Assembly (NCBI RefSeq): GCF_009914755.1
Contig: NC_060925.1
Length of the DNA: 64,000 nucleotides
DNA from: the human T2T-CHM13v2.0 reference genome, Homo sapiens
Reading direction: 5' to 3' (one strand)
The notes under the pieces are model-generated. The model was given only the letters and a program-made list of their open reading frames with translations. It made no database searches and was not told the DNA's origin. The position numbers and the translations under genes were made by a program. Position 1 is the stretch's first letter; the number at the start of each line of letters is the position of its first letter. This document shows, in pieces, positions 26,957 through 41,027 of this stretch.

Positions 26957-28007
26957 CTATTTTATTTATTTTTAAATTTTTTGTAGAGACAAAATCTCAC
27001 TAAGTTGCCCAGGCTGGTCTTAAAACTCCTGAGCTCAAGCGATCCTCCTGCCTCAGCCTCCCAAAGTGCTAGGATTATAGGCATGTGCCACTGTGCCCAG
27101 CCAGTGACGCTATTTTAAATGCCAAGAAGTAATCACTCAATCACTGACGAAGGCTGACCCCTTCCTAAGAATACTGACTCTTATAGGTGAAGAATCCTTA
27201 CTCTGTAGCTCATGGCACATTACTAAAACTCTATTATAACAAAGGATGATTATACTAACTGATAATTCAAACAGAAAACAGTGGCCTGGCACAGTGTCTC
27301 ACGCCTGTAATCCTGGCACTTTGGAAGGCTGAGGCTGGAAGATCCCCTTGAGCCCAGGAGTTCGAGACCAGCCTGGGCAATATGGCGAGACTCCATCTCT
27401 ACAAAAAATAAAACAAATTAGCCGGGTATGGTGACACCCACCTATAGTCCCAGCTACTCAGGAGGCTGAGGCAGGAAGATCCCTTGAGCCTAGGAAGTTG
27501 AGGTTACAGTGAGCCGTGATCACGTCACTGCACTCTAGCCTGAACAACAGAGTGAGACCCTATTTCTAAAATATAAACAAACATACAAACAAAAAGCCAG
27601 AAAACAGTTATGTACGCAGGCTAAAGTTGGTAGGTAGCAGATGTCTTTGCTTTCTCTAGAGTTCTGAAGCCTCAGGTTCACACACAACTATGTATTAGTA
27701 ATTGTCCTGCCCTTGGACAGCCTTGACCTCTATCCTTGTCCCCATATTCTAGCTACTTTACTTCCAATTCTCCTCTCGTGACATTCTCATGGGGCATTTG
27801 AAAGGTTTCTCCTGTTTGTTTTCACACAGGGCTGATTCTTTTTCATTTCTAAATAGTTCCCTGAACCATCACTCTTAAATATTAATTACATATTAAGTAA
27901 AATACCTCCCTATTTTTGTTATTGTATAGAAAATACCTTGACTTGGCTGGGTGTGGTAGCTCATGCCTGTAATCCCAGCACTTTGGGAGGCCAAGGCGGG
28001 TGAATCA

Positions 28008-28319
<312 letters not shown>

Positions 28320-29668
28320 CTAGGTTATAACATGCCTCAAAGAAACTGGGATCAATGTGAAGGCAAACCAGAGTTTTATCCCAGTAGTCAACATTGAATG
28401 GATACAAGCTCATCTCCCTACCTAGTAAAAGCATCAGTGTGTAACTCAGGCCAGATATAAGACTTAGAAAAAACAGAATCACAGTCATAGCCCTCAGTAG
28501 CCATAGAAAGCATGAGACAATCATGCTAAAAGTAGAAGAATATTTATAATCCCAAACACCCCAAAGCAAAGGCTTTAGCTCTGATTCTCAACTCATGAGC
28601 ATGAAGACTTTAAGGATCTCAACTCTCTTCTCTCTATCTCGAATGACAATGGATTAGGTAACCGACAAGTTGATAAGAATATATTGAATGGTCTCTATGC
28701 ATTCTACCTAATGGACAGTCAAACACCCAGGTATCTACTGATGCAGATAACAGTAGAAATCTGAATTTTATTCTCTTGCCACTTACTAGATTGAGAGAGA
28801 GAGACAAAATATTTTGTCTAGAATGGAGAAGAGGGAAATAGAAAGGAGGGAAAACTTTACCTTTCAACTTTTATATACTTCTGTATTATTAACCTTTTAT
28901 AACAGCTTTCTCCTTTCATTTTATTACAAAAGTAAGCCATAATGAATTATGAAGAACGTTCTCTCTAATAAGAGTAGAAGAATAACTATAAGTAAGTTGG
29001 AACAAGAAGCCTTAAGTTTTGGGAGGAGTTCCAATGTGGATGATCGTCAGGGAAAGGATGGGTGGCTGAGAGAGCAGGAAATCTTCTCAAGGACACTGAT
29101 TTATTCAAAGGCAGGTGGAAATGGGCTTACTATGTGCCAGACACTGTGGTAGGTGCTTTCAACACATTCTCTCACTTTAGCCTCATACCAATTCTAAAAG
29201 ATAGGAATTATAGGCCGGGCACACTGACTCATGTTTGTAATCCCAGCACTTTGGGAGGCTGATGCAGGCAGACTGCTTCAGCCTAGAAGACCAGCCTGGG
29301 CAACATGGCAAAACCCCATTTCTACAAAAAAATACAAATATTAGCCAGGCATAGTAGCATGCACCTGTAGTCCCAGGCACTCAGGGGCTGAGGTGAGAGG
29401 ATCACTTGAGCCTGGGAGGTTGAGGCTGCAGTGAGCCAAGATCTTGCTACTGCACTCCAGCCTGAGCGACAAAGTGAGATACTGTCTCAAAAAAAAAAAA
29501 AGACAGGAATTATAGCCCCATCTTACAAATGAGAGAACAAAGTGACACAGCTAAGTGACAAAACCAGGATATAAATCCAGGTCCATGTAGCTACAAAGAC
29601 AATGTTTAAACAGTCATTGAAGGCCCACTGTGTGTCAAGCACTGTCTGATTTGGTGTTTGGGAAGTTA

Positions 29669-30013
<345 letters not shown>

Positions 30014-30466
30014 TCAGGGGTCCTAACAATTCTAGCTAGGGTTCTGTATTAAGAAGTATATGCTGGTTACAAAGTAAAGGCTTTGTTATCAAACAAGATA
30101 ATATCCTCTATGGATTGGCTGAGACATCACAATAGCAGTCAAAAAGAAAATATTGTTAATAGTCCTAACAACAGTTTCTGCCCGTTGACAATACTTTTCA
30201 ATCTCTGAGTCTCTGAATTAGGGAAGATTCCCTACCCCATCCATCCTCTACTCAGAAGGAAACAAACAAATATGTGAGATAGTAAAAACAGAAAGGAAGC
30301 CATTTGGTGCAGGAAAGAGGTAGAATCCTAGCAAAGGCAGAAGACAAAAGAAGAAGATTAAGACTGTGACTGCTGTCAGATTTTTGCCTCAAGAGCTAAC
30401 CCTGGAAGGCCAGAGATGAATCACTGACAGTGAATTGAGAAAATACAGCCTCAGCTTCAGGATGTT

Positions 30467-30820
30467 ATTTTGTTTTGTTTTGTTTTTACTTTAAGTTCTG
30501 GGATACATGTGGGGAACGTGCAGGTTTGTTACATAGGTATGGTTTGCTGCACCTATCAACCCGTCATCTAGGTTTCAAGCTCCACCTGAATTAGGTATTT
30601 GTCCTAATACTCTCCCTCCCCTTTCCCCCCAGCCCCCGACAGGCCCCCGTGTGTGATGCTCCCCGCCTTGTGTCCATGTGTTCTCATTGTTCAACTCCCA
30701 CTTATGAGTGAGAACATGCAGTGTTTGGTTTTCTGTTCCTGTGTTAGTTTGCTAAGAATGATGGCTTCCAGCTTCATCCATGTCCCTGCAAAGGACATGA
30801 ACTCATTCTTTTTTATGGCC
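30467..30820 (-). mobile_element. L1PA-family 3' end (5'-truncated)
   Basis: TTTAAGTTCTGGGATACATGTG...CCCACTTATGAGTGAGAACATG is the L1PA 3' UTR in reverse; TSD CAGGATGTT at 30458 and 30824. Confidence 0.9.
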
Positions 30821-31732
30821 ACACAGGATGTTTTTATTTATTTAGTTATTTTTTGAGACAGAGACCCAGGCTGGAATGCAATGGCGCGTTCTCAGCTTAC
30901 CGCAACCTCCACTTCCCAGGCTCAAGTGGTCTTCCCGCCTCAGCCTCCCGAGTAGCTGGGACTACAGGCATGTGCTACCACACCCAGCTAATTTTTGTAT
31001 TTTTTGTAGAAAGAGGGTTTTGCCTTGTTGCCCAGGCTGGTCTCAAACTCCTGAACTCAAGCGCTCTGCCTGCCTCGGCCTCCCAAAGTGCTGGCATTAC
31101 AGGCGTGAGCCACTGTGCCCAGCCAGGCTGTTCTTTTAAGAGATATCAAGGTTACTATAGTGAGCATAGGGATTAAAAAAAATTATTGCCTCTGAATCAC
31201 ACATATCCTTCATAGGTATATTAGCCTATAACAGGAACTCCCAGGTTTTTTGGTAAAGAGCAATGTATGCAGGATGGTTAGATTTTACTATGTATGCTAG
31301 TGCATGCTAGGGTAAAGGTGAGAGAGATATTAAAAACAAAATAGGATTACTGCCATGAAGAATTTATAATTTAGCATTTACCTGAACTTTCCACATCCTT
31401 TTTAAATATATCACTTCAGTTTCCTTTTTTTGCCACATAAAATAAGAGTTTTTAAAATTTTAATTATACCTCTAGAATATCATTTCTTGTTTCTCTGTCC
31501 TGTACATATAAATGATCCTTGTTTCTTTTCCCTTGGAGTTGACCATTTTTTGGCCCAATTCCATAGACTCCTTCCTCCAACAGTATCTTCTTGCCCTGAG
31601 GATCTCACTCAGCAGTCTTTCCTACCTTTTACCTATCAACTTTTATCTTTTAACCTAGTATACTCAAGAGACAATATGGTATCTAACTAAAGGTAAGTAA
31701 TATATAACAAATGTTGGGTTTGTTTTTTTTGA

Positions 31733-31837
<105 letters not shown>

Positions 31838-32010
31838 TGAGTAGCTGGGGTTACAGGTGCCTGCCACCATGCCCAGCTAATTTTTGTATTTTTAATAGTG
31901 ACAGGGTTTTACCATGTTGGCCAGGCTGGTCTCAAACTTCTGACCTCAGGCGATCAGCCCACCTCAGCCTCCCAAAGTGCTGGGACCACAGATGTGAGCC
32001 ACAGATGTTG

Positions 32011-32012
<2 letters not shown>

Positions 32013-32061
<49 letters not shown>
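32013..32061. repeat. (GT)n microsatellite, about 24 units
   Basis: Direct read; other dinucleotide runs at 4418-4444 (GT), 12241-12300 (mixed TG/TA/CA), 33449-33470 (CA), 54817-54852 (CA). Confidence 0.95.
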
Positions 32062-32062
<1 letters not shown>

Positions 32063-32798
32063 CGGGGCAGGGGTGTGGTTTTTTTTGAGATAGGGTCTCA
32101 CTCTGTCACCCAAGATGCAATGCAGCCTCGACCTCCTGGGCTCAAGTGATCCTCCTGCCTCTGCCTCCTATGTAGCTTGGACCACAGGTGTACACCTCCA
32201 CACCTGGCTAATTTTTTGTAGAGACGAGGTCTCACTTTGTTGCCCAGTCTGGTCTTGAAATGCCAATACCTAGACAAGAATTGAGAGATGCCAGTTTTCT
32301 AGCAACAAACAGTGTTTAGTAAATTTGGGGTTAAAATTTTATGTAAACTTGTCATTTTAAGATCCTTTATAATGCTTATGAGTTGTAAAAGCATTAATTA
32401 CTGAAAATTTTAAAATAGCAATATCTGTTTATTAAAAACAGGTTAGCAAAACAGACGAACAAACAAACAAAAACAATTAGTGGCCAGGCGTGGTGGCTCA
32501 TCCCTGTAATCCCAGCACTTTGGGAGGTCGAGGCAGGCAGATTGCTTGAGCTCAAGTGTTTGGGACCAGCCTGGTCAACATGGTGAAACCCCGCCTCTAT
32601 AAAAAACACAAAAATTAGTCAGGCATGGTGACGCACGCCTGTAGTCCCAGCTACTTGGGAGGAGGCAGGAGAATCACTTGAGCCAGAAGTTGCAGTGAGC
32701 CAAGATCGTACCACTGTACTCCCAGCCTGGACAACAGAGTGAGACCCTGTCTCAAAAATTAAAAAGCCAAAACAAACCAAAACAAAAAAACAGATTAG

Positions 32799-33170
<372 letters not shown>

Positions 33171-34657
33171 TCAAAAAAAAAAAAAAAGTTCCCTGAAGTA
33201 AACCCCAACAGATAACACCATGAGCCAAAAACCAGGTCAGTATGTGGAAGCCCAAAGGGCCAAAAGCACCTGGTGGGGATAAACAGGCTACTGATCAGAG
33301 CAGATCAACTGAAGGTATGTAACTGCCACAGTAAATGAAACGCCACCTCCAGGCTGCAGGAATCCCATCTTACGCTGAGCAAGTTTAATCACTTCTGCTG
33401 CTGCTTCTTCCTTTTCTTATAGGTGTTCACAGGAAAAAAAAAAAAAAGCACACACACACACACACACACAGAGATATATCAGATTGAGCAACTCTAAGGC
33501 AGACAACTGTTCCATCAGATTTGTAAGAAGAAAGAAAAAGAAAAGGAGGTGTCAGATATACATGCTTGAAGGAAAGGCAGGAGGGTGGGGAAGAGGGAGT
33601 ACTTTTGTATACAAAGACACAACTAGTGAATATGGTGAATGGTGAAATGTGCTGCCAATTGGAAAGTGACTATATTTGAACACTAAATGAGGTTTCAGAT
33701 ACTAATGGCTTGACGGTGTTCCTCTATTGTTGAATTATGAACTGAGAATCTCAGGGGATCCAGAATTAAAAAGGTGGAATACCAAGCAGTGTGGGTCCAT
33801 GTGAGTTGGCCTATTCTGGAACAAACTGAAAATGGCTAATTTATGAGGACTTTAAAATAACGTATTAGAAGAATGACCATTGTATAAGAGGGCAGGGGAA
33901 ATTCTGCTTTGATAATTTGACAGTTCAAAATGAACATTGCATTTCCCCTAATTCAATCTTGATTTCCTTTAGCTAAATGTTTCCTTTCTTTACTACCCTC
34001 TTCACAAATCAGATGGAAGGGCTGTTTAGAGCTAACTCACTGGTCCTAAAAATAACTGGAGCTAAACAAAAAGCTCATTCTTGCTGGCATGAACAGTCTT
34101 CCAGGTAGCTGCTGTACAATGCCCCCAGCAGTAAGCTGAGCATTGCTGATGTATCTAACAGAGACAGGAGCCGGGCTGCAGTGAGAGGGCAGTGCTTGGA
34201 TTCCACGAAGGTTGCAAGGCCCTCTGAGACTCAACATCAAAGGGTTCTAAACTTAGAACTACAGGGATCTGGTATGAGGCCTACATCAAAACCACTGGAG
34301 AATAAAGCAGATCTTGAGAAACACTGGCCAAGGAAGCCTCACAAACCACATGAAACAACATGAGAGGCTAGAGAATTCCTCAAGAAAAGAGAAGAGAGAA
34401 TATATTTTTTAACTATGCTGAGAGAAAGCTGATTTGGTAACTCAACATCCCATCCAAGTAGTCTCCTCAGTTGTTCCCTCTGTCTGCATGCTTAGCACAC
34501 ACCAGGAGCAGGCCCTGGGAGCTCTCAGTGGGAAGACACATGCTCAGATACACGCTTGGGGGGATGGCTCATACTTTCCTTTTTGTGACTTTCTTATATC
34601 ACCTCAATTTATGGAACAAAAGTAAATGAGCATTAGAAATTAAAAAAAAAAAATTTA

Positions 34658-34989
<332 letters not shown>

Positions 34990-35878
34990 TTAAAAAATTT
35001 TTTTTGAGACAGGGTCTCATTCTATTGCCCAAGTGTTGTACAGTGCTACGATCACAGCTGACCACTGCCTCCACTGGTTGAAGGATCACTTGATCCCCCA
35101 ACCCCAGCCTTTCAAGTGGCTCAGACCACAGGTGTGTACACAGGATCTCACTAGGTTGCCCAGGCTGGTGTTGAACATTTGGGCTCAAGCTATCCTCCTC
35201 CCTCAGTCTCCCAAAGTGTTGGGATTACAGGCATAATCACTGTGCTCAGACAAGCATTAGAAATTTAAACCAATAAAATGAAGGGGCCGGGTATGGTGGC
35301 TCATGCCTGTAATCCCAGCACTTTGCAAGGTTGAGAGGTGGGAGGATCACTTATGGTCAGGAGTTTGAGACCAGCCTGGCCAACATGGCGAAACCCCATC
35401 TCTACTAAAAATACAAAAATTAGCTGGGCGTGGTGGCACACACCTGTAATCCCAGCTACTTGGGAGGCTGAGGCAGTAGAATTGCTTGAATCTGGAAGGC
35501 GGAGGTTGCAGTGAGCCAAGACTGCGCTACTGTACTCCAGCCTGGGCCACAGAGCAAGACTCTCTCTCAAAAATAAAAAATAATAATAGTAATTTAAAAA
35601 AATAAAATGAAGGGACTAAGAGAAAAAAGTCAAATGATTTGCCTCTCCTGCAGATGGCTTTGTCACATTCCAGGATTGTTACTAAAGGCAAGAATGGGGA
35701 AAATCACCACCTGACTCACAGCAGTCATTTCTGCTATTTAACAGTATTATTATTATTTTTTTTAGAGACAGGGTCTCACTATGTTGCCCAGGCTGGATAC
35801 AACTTCTTAGGTTCAAGCAATCCTCATGCCTCAGTCTCCCCAGTAGCTGGGACTACAAGGGTGTGCCACTGAGACCAA

Positions 35879-36444
35879 CAGTGTTTTTTAAGCTACAGGT
35901 TATAATCTATCAGGTCATAGCATCAACTTAGTGGGTTGCTACTAACATTTTCAAAAAATGAAGTCGAAGAGAGAAGAAATTATCAGTATGTATTGCAGAA
36001 AGCAAAAGTAATATTTCATGAAACTTATATTTCAAATGTATATGTGTATATATGTACTGGGTCCTGAAAGAAAATGTATGTCTTACAGTGAATTAAAATA
36101 TAAAAAAGTAGCCAGGCGTGGTGGCTCACGCCTGTAATCCCAGCACTTTGGGAGGTTGAGGTGGGTGGATCACTGAGGTAAGGAGTTCTAGGCCACCCTG
36201 GCAAACATGGTGAAACCCTGTCTCTACTAAAATTACAAAAATTAGCCAGGTGTGGTGGCGGGTGCCTGTAGTCCCAGCTACTCTGTAGGCTCAGGCAGGA
36301 GAACCACTTGAACCCAGGAAGCGGAGATTGCAGTGAACTGAGATCGCACCATTGCACTCCTGCCTGGGCAACAGAGAGAGACTCCATCTCAAAAAAGAAA
36401 AAAAGAAAAGAAAAAAAATATATATATAAGTTTGAAAACCATTG
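35879..36444. mobile_element. hAT/Charlie-type MITE split by an Alu (36110-36418)
   Basis: Degenerate TIRs CAGTGTTTTTTAAGC ... GTTTGAAAACCATTG; family not resolved. Confidence 0.55.
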
Positions 36445-37785
36445 AGCTATTGGAAGCTTGAAGGAACTAGACCAAGACTGTATACTACAGAGAGACTGTG
36501 TATGGATGGATGAAATACTTGTGAATTGTGAAGAAGTTCATGGGTCAACTGAACATGCCACAGTTAATATACAAAGATTACTGCCAGAGTTACTATCAGA
36601 GCTATTCAAAAACCCTCACATTATCCTGGAGCTAGGAAATGTGAACTCTCAGTTTGAAAACACAGGAAACCACCACTGAAACTGAGCTGAGAGAGAATGG
36701 GGGCTTGTTACATAGCCCCCTGTGGCATTTATCAAGATGAAAGAAATATGGACTGTGGAAGGAAATGAGAGGACAATTTTTACTTCTAGAGTGTCACAGG
36801 CCATGGCCACAACCAAAGGACTCATTCATTGACTGAGAAACTAAGCTTCTTAGAAGTGGGGTAGATGAAGTGGTTATAAGAAAGAAGGAAAGAAGAAACC
36901 ACTCTTTCAGGTCCTGCCAAACTAGCCCATCCTTCCTGGCACAGTTAACCAAGAGCAAAACTCTGAGTATGGCTGAATTATTTTATCCCTACTCACTCCT
37001 GACCCTGCCATAGTCACATCCCCATTTGGTCTAATTAAATAGCCTGGTCCTAACTATCCAGTAGGAAAGGAAACGCAGACCAAGACAGAAGTTATTTCCT
37101 AAGTGATAATGTATAAAGTCTTAGACAATATGATATCTTACGAGATGGCACAGATCTGTGCTCTCTTTGGGAGTTTATGAGAGAAACTAAGATACTCTTC
37201 AAATAACAGGATCTCCGCGTCTCCTTACATTGAGCCAGACCTGTCCTCACATTCCCATGTTCCTTATAAAGTAGGAGAAATGATCTATCCTCTGTACTAC
37301 TTAGTAAATTAATGGTTAGTTCTAAGGAAGAACCCACAAAATTCTTCACTTGGTCTCAATTCCAATAAGAACAATACTCATCCATCATCTATCATTCCTT
37401 TTAGAAAGAGGTAACTAGAGACAATTCAAGCAATATCTTCCTGTTAAGAAATGAGAAAGGATTTCTAACTTTGATTACAATTATTCTGTAAAAGCATGCT
37501 AAGATACAAGTATCACATATTCCTTTCATTTCAGAAACAGAGATAAGGAAGTGAGGAGACAAGCAAACTACTCAGGGCCTTGCAGCATGGTAAGGAGAGG
37601 CAGGAATGGGTATTGCTACAGCCTTGTTTGTTTTTCAACTTCCCAGATTATGTTCCTCTGACTCCACTAGCCACTGCTGCTCAGAGTTCAGACTATATAT
37701 CATCGAATTACTTTTTTAGAAAGTCAAAATAAAAGGAAAGCTGGTATATATGTATACAATTGGTATAGAAGTATGAGATTGGTAC

Positions 37786-38174
37786 CTGTAAGAGAGCATG
37801 GTGCATCGTTACCTCCAGTTCCGCTAAAACATGAGCAGCATCCTCATTGTTCTCTTGGACCTCCAGATCCTCCTCAGGGATGGTCTCCCAGTTGCCCTGA
37901 TGAGCAACCAGCGTGTGCACTAGTTCATACTGTCCAGGGAGCGCCAGGCTGACCCGAGTCTGAGTCCCATAGGTGAAGCGGAGGCGCCGAAGCTTACAGC
38001 TCTCCTCACTGCCCAGCTTGGTGGTGGGAAGCACCTGCACCCCCAACAGCAGATTCAACAGCTGGCACTTGACGTTACAATCCTGGCCGAGGATCAGTAT
38101 GCAAGGGAGGCAGTCCACAATCTGCTGGAGGTACTTCTCTTCCTTAGGTGGGAAGGAAATGCAGCTCAGTTGGC
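37786..38174 (-). CDS. DSTYK: DSTYK exon 2 (389 nt, [18 protein letters not shown]...[10 protein letters not shown])
   Basis: Long polypyrimidine tract + ccaaccAG acceptor; G+GC restores Gly codon from exon 1; donor CAG|GTACCA; cumulative CDS 654 nt. Confidence 0.97.
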
Positions 38175-38645
38175 CTGGTTGGGGAAGGGGAGAGTGGAGG
38201 AAGAGAAAGGAGTAGAGAGAGAGGAGTGAGGAAGGGGAGAGAGAGAGACTCACGCAGAAATCCCATGAGGAAGACAAGGTCCTAGAGGAGAAATTTCTAG
38301 GAACCTTGGTTGAAGGACATATCAGGGAAAAAACCCCAGCGAGAAAAGGCTCTTCACATATCAAACAGAATTCCTTTCCCTAGCTCACCCCCTAGGAACA
38401 AACTGTTATTTCTACCCAGAAATGTGGGAGTGACCTGATCTTCCCGCCCCGCTCCTTTTTCATTCAGTGGAGGGACAGCCTAAGGAGTTTATAAGGACTC
38501 CATCACAAACACCAAGATTATTAAAATAACAAAGCCAGAAAAAAACTACACTAGTTGGGATGTGAGCCCAAGGAGAAACGTAACTGAATGTGTCAAAATT
38601 AAACCCTTTCTTCTGACAGAAGACCTAATACTTGAACTCAGATTA

Positions 38646-38960
38646 CAGTCGTGTGTTGCTTAACAACAGGCATACATTCTGAGAAATGCATCATCAGGCA
38701 ATTTTGTCATTGTGTAAACATCAGAGTGTACTTACACAAACTTAGGTGGTATGGGTATAGCCTACTACACACCTAGGCTATAGGGTGTAGCCTATTGTTC
38801 CTAGGCTACAAACTTGTACAGCATGTTACTGTACTGAATACTATAGACAGCTGTAACACAGTGGTAAGTATTTGTGTATCTAAACATATCTAAACATAGA
38901 AAACGTATGCTAAAAATACTGTACCTTTGTTGACCAAGATGCCATCATGCAGCACATAAT
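38646..38960 (+). mobile_element. Tigger3a-type non-autonomous DNA transposon
   Basis: TA-CAGTCGTGTGTTGCTTAAC start; internal sequence similar to the copy at 1258-1480. Confidence 0.8.
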
Positions 38961-39349
38961 ATAGCACTATGGAGCCCTTTTAAATTATCTACCATATGCG
39001 GTTTTAGCTTATGTTCTTCATTGTGACATATTTTACTACTAAATGTATGAGCTATAAATGTATAAAATGTATAAATGTATAAAATGAAATGTTATTCAAG
39101 TTTGCATAAGCTCTAGAATCTTTTCCAGTTCATCTCTCTGATAGCTGGTGACAACGTCCCAGCTGCCAAGTCATCTGTTTCCTTAAAACACTGGGTGCTC
39201 AATTAACATCAATACCTCCTAATCAAATCACATTCCTTCTGTTTATGGGAGACAAGACCCTAAATAGGACAAAGGGAAAGAACTGCCTATTAGGATAAAA
39301 TCCAGGCAAATCTAGAAAGAGATGTGATTTATTTCAAAAACATTCTCCT

Positions 39350-39537
39350 TGATGGACATCCCAATTACCCTGATTTGACCATTACCACATTGTTACCCAC
39401 ATATCGAAATACCACATGTATCTTATAAATATGTACAATTACTATGTGTCAATTTAAAAAATCTGTTTTTCACCACCCTTATGTTTTGTACAAAAAAAAT
39501 AAAAAATAAAAATCTAAAACAAAAAAAACAAAAAAAA
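39350..39537 (+). mobile_element. Short L1MA 3' end fragment
   Basis: GATGGACATCCCAATTACCCTGATTTGACCATTAC...A-rich tail. Confidence 0.65.
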
Positions 39538-40772
39538 CTTCTCCTTTCAAGGCAACTACTACTAATCTAAATGGATAACTTCCCCAAACACGTTCAAATA
39601 ATGTTCAAGACAGAACAAGCTTCCTAAAGAATGAGAATCTGTGTTTGAGAAAAATAATCCGAAATTAGTTCACTGAAACTCTCAGCCTGAACTATATCAC
39701 TTCCTTATTCCTTCAGTATCAGTGTCTGCCTATCTCTAAGATTCAGGCAATTCCTGCATTTGTTCAGAAAAGCACAGACACAGTTCTTAGGCTGCAAAAT
39801 GGCCAATCCTTGAGCCAAACACATCCATCATAACTGAAATTTTGGGTGGCACTAACTGAAACAGTATTTGCTTTAGTCACTTAACCATAAGCTGCATTAA
39901 ATTATTTGTAGGCCATTTATTTTGTTTGTTTCCAGAATTGGAAGCATAAGAGGCCTGAATCAATTAAGAGGTGGTTCTACTTCAGAGTGAACCTACCTAG
40001 CTACGATTTCAAATCCCCAAGCATCCTTCTCTTCCACAAACAGTAACACCAAAAGGGTTAAAGAGGTCTGTGTTCACGCAGATCCCTCTATGCATTTCAT
40101 TAGGGCCCTTCTTTTCATGTCTGTCTATAAGGATATCAGCCTGGCCCGCACATATACATCAGCAACACCAGACACTGAAACAAGCAAATCTACTCTCCTT
40201 GGAAAGAGATGAGTGCCTTTCAAAAACCAACAGAGTTAACTAAGTATATAATTCTGTGCAAGGGTATTTACTAAATACAAGAGTATAACACCAGACCACT
40301 AGTCTACTCTTTTGATCTACAACCTAAAAGCAAGAGGACACAGCAAATTGCTTGTGTGGCCACTTAACAAGTAGCAACAGGCCAGTCCTGAGTTCCTTCA
40401 TACCTTATTCTCAACTGCAGAACACCTACCATGCTTTATTCTAATTACCTGTTTATAATCATCTAAAGCAGGAAGAACCATCCTATTTCATCCTCAACAC
40501 CCAACACAATGCCTGACACTTACCAAGGGCTTAATGTCATAGATTTGTTTGTTTTGTCTGAGAATCCATTTAGTGGGGACAGCTACCTATAGAAAGCTGT
40601 AAGCAAACCCACTGAGTACTTTGAAAAGTCCAGTATCATGATGAATAGTTTAAGAGCAACCATCACTCCTAAAAACCTCCTTCATGTGGATAAAAGAATA
40701 GGACCCTTCAGCCAGGTGCAGTGGCTCACACCTGTAATCCCAGCAGTCTGAGAGGTGGAGGTGGGCAGATCA

Positions 40773-41027
<255 letters not shown>

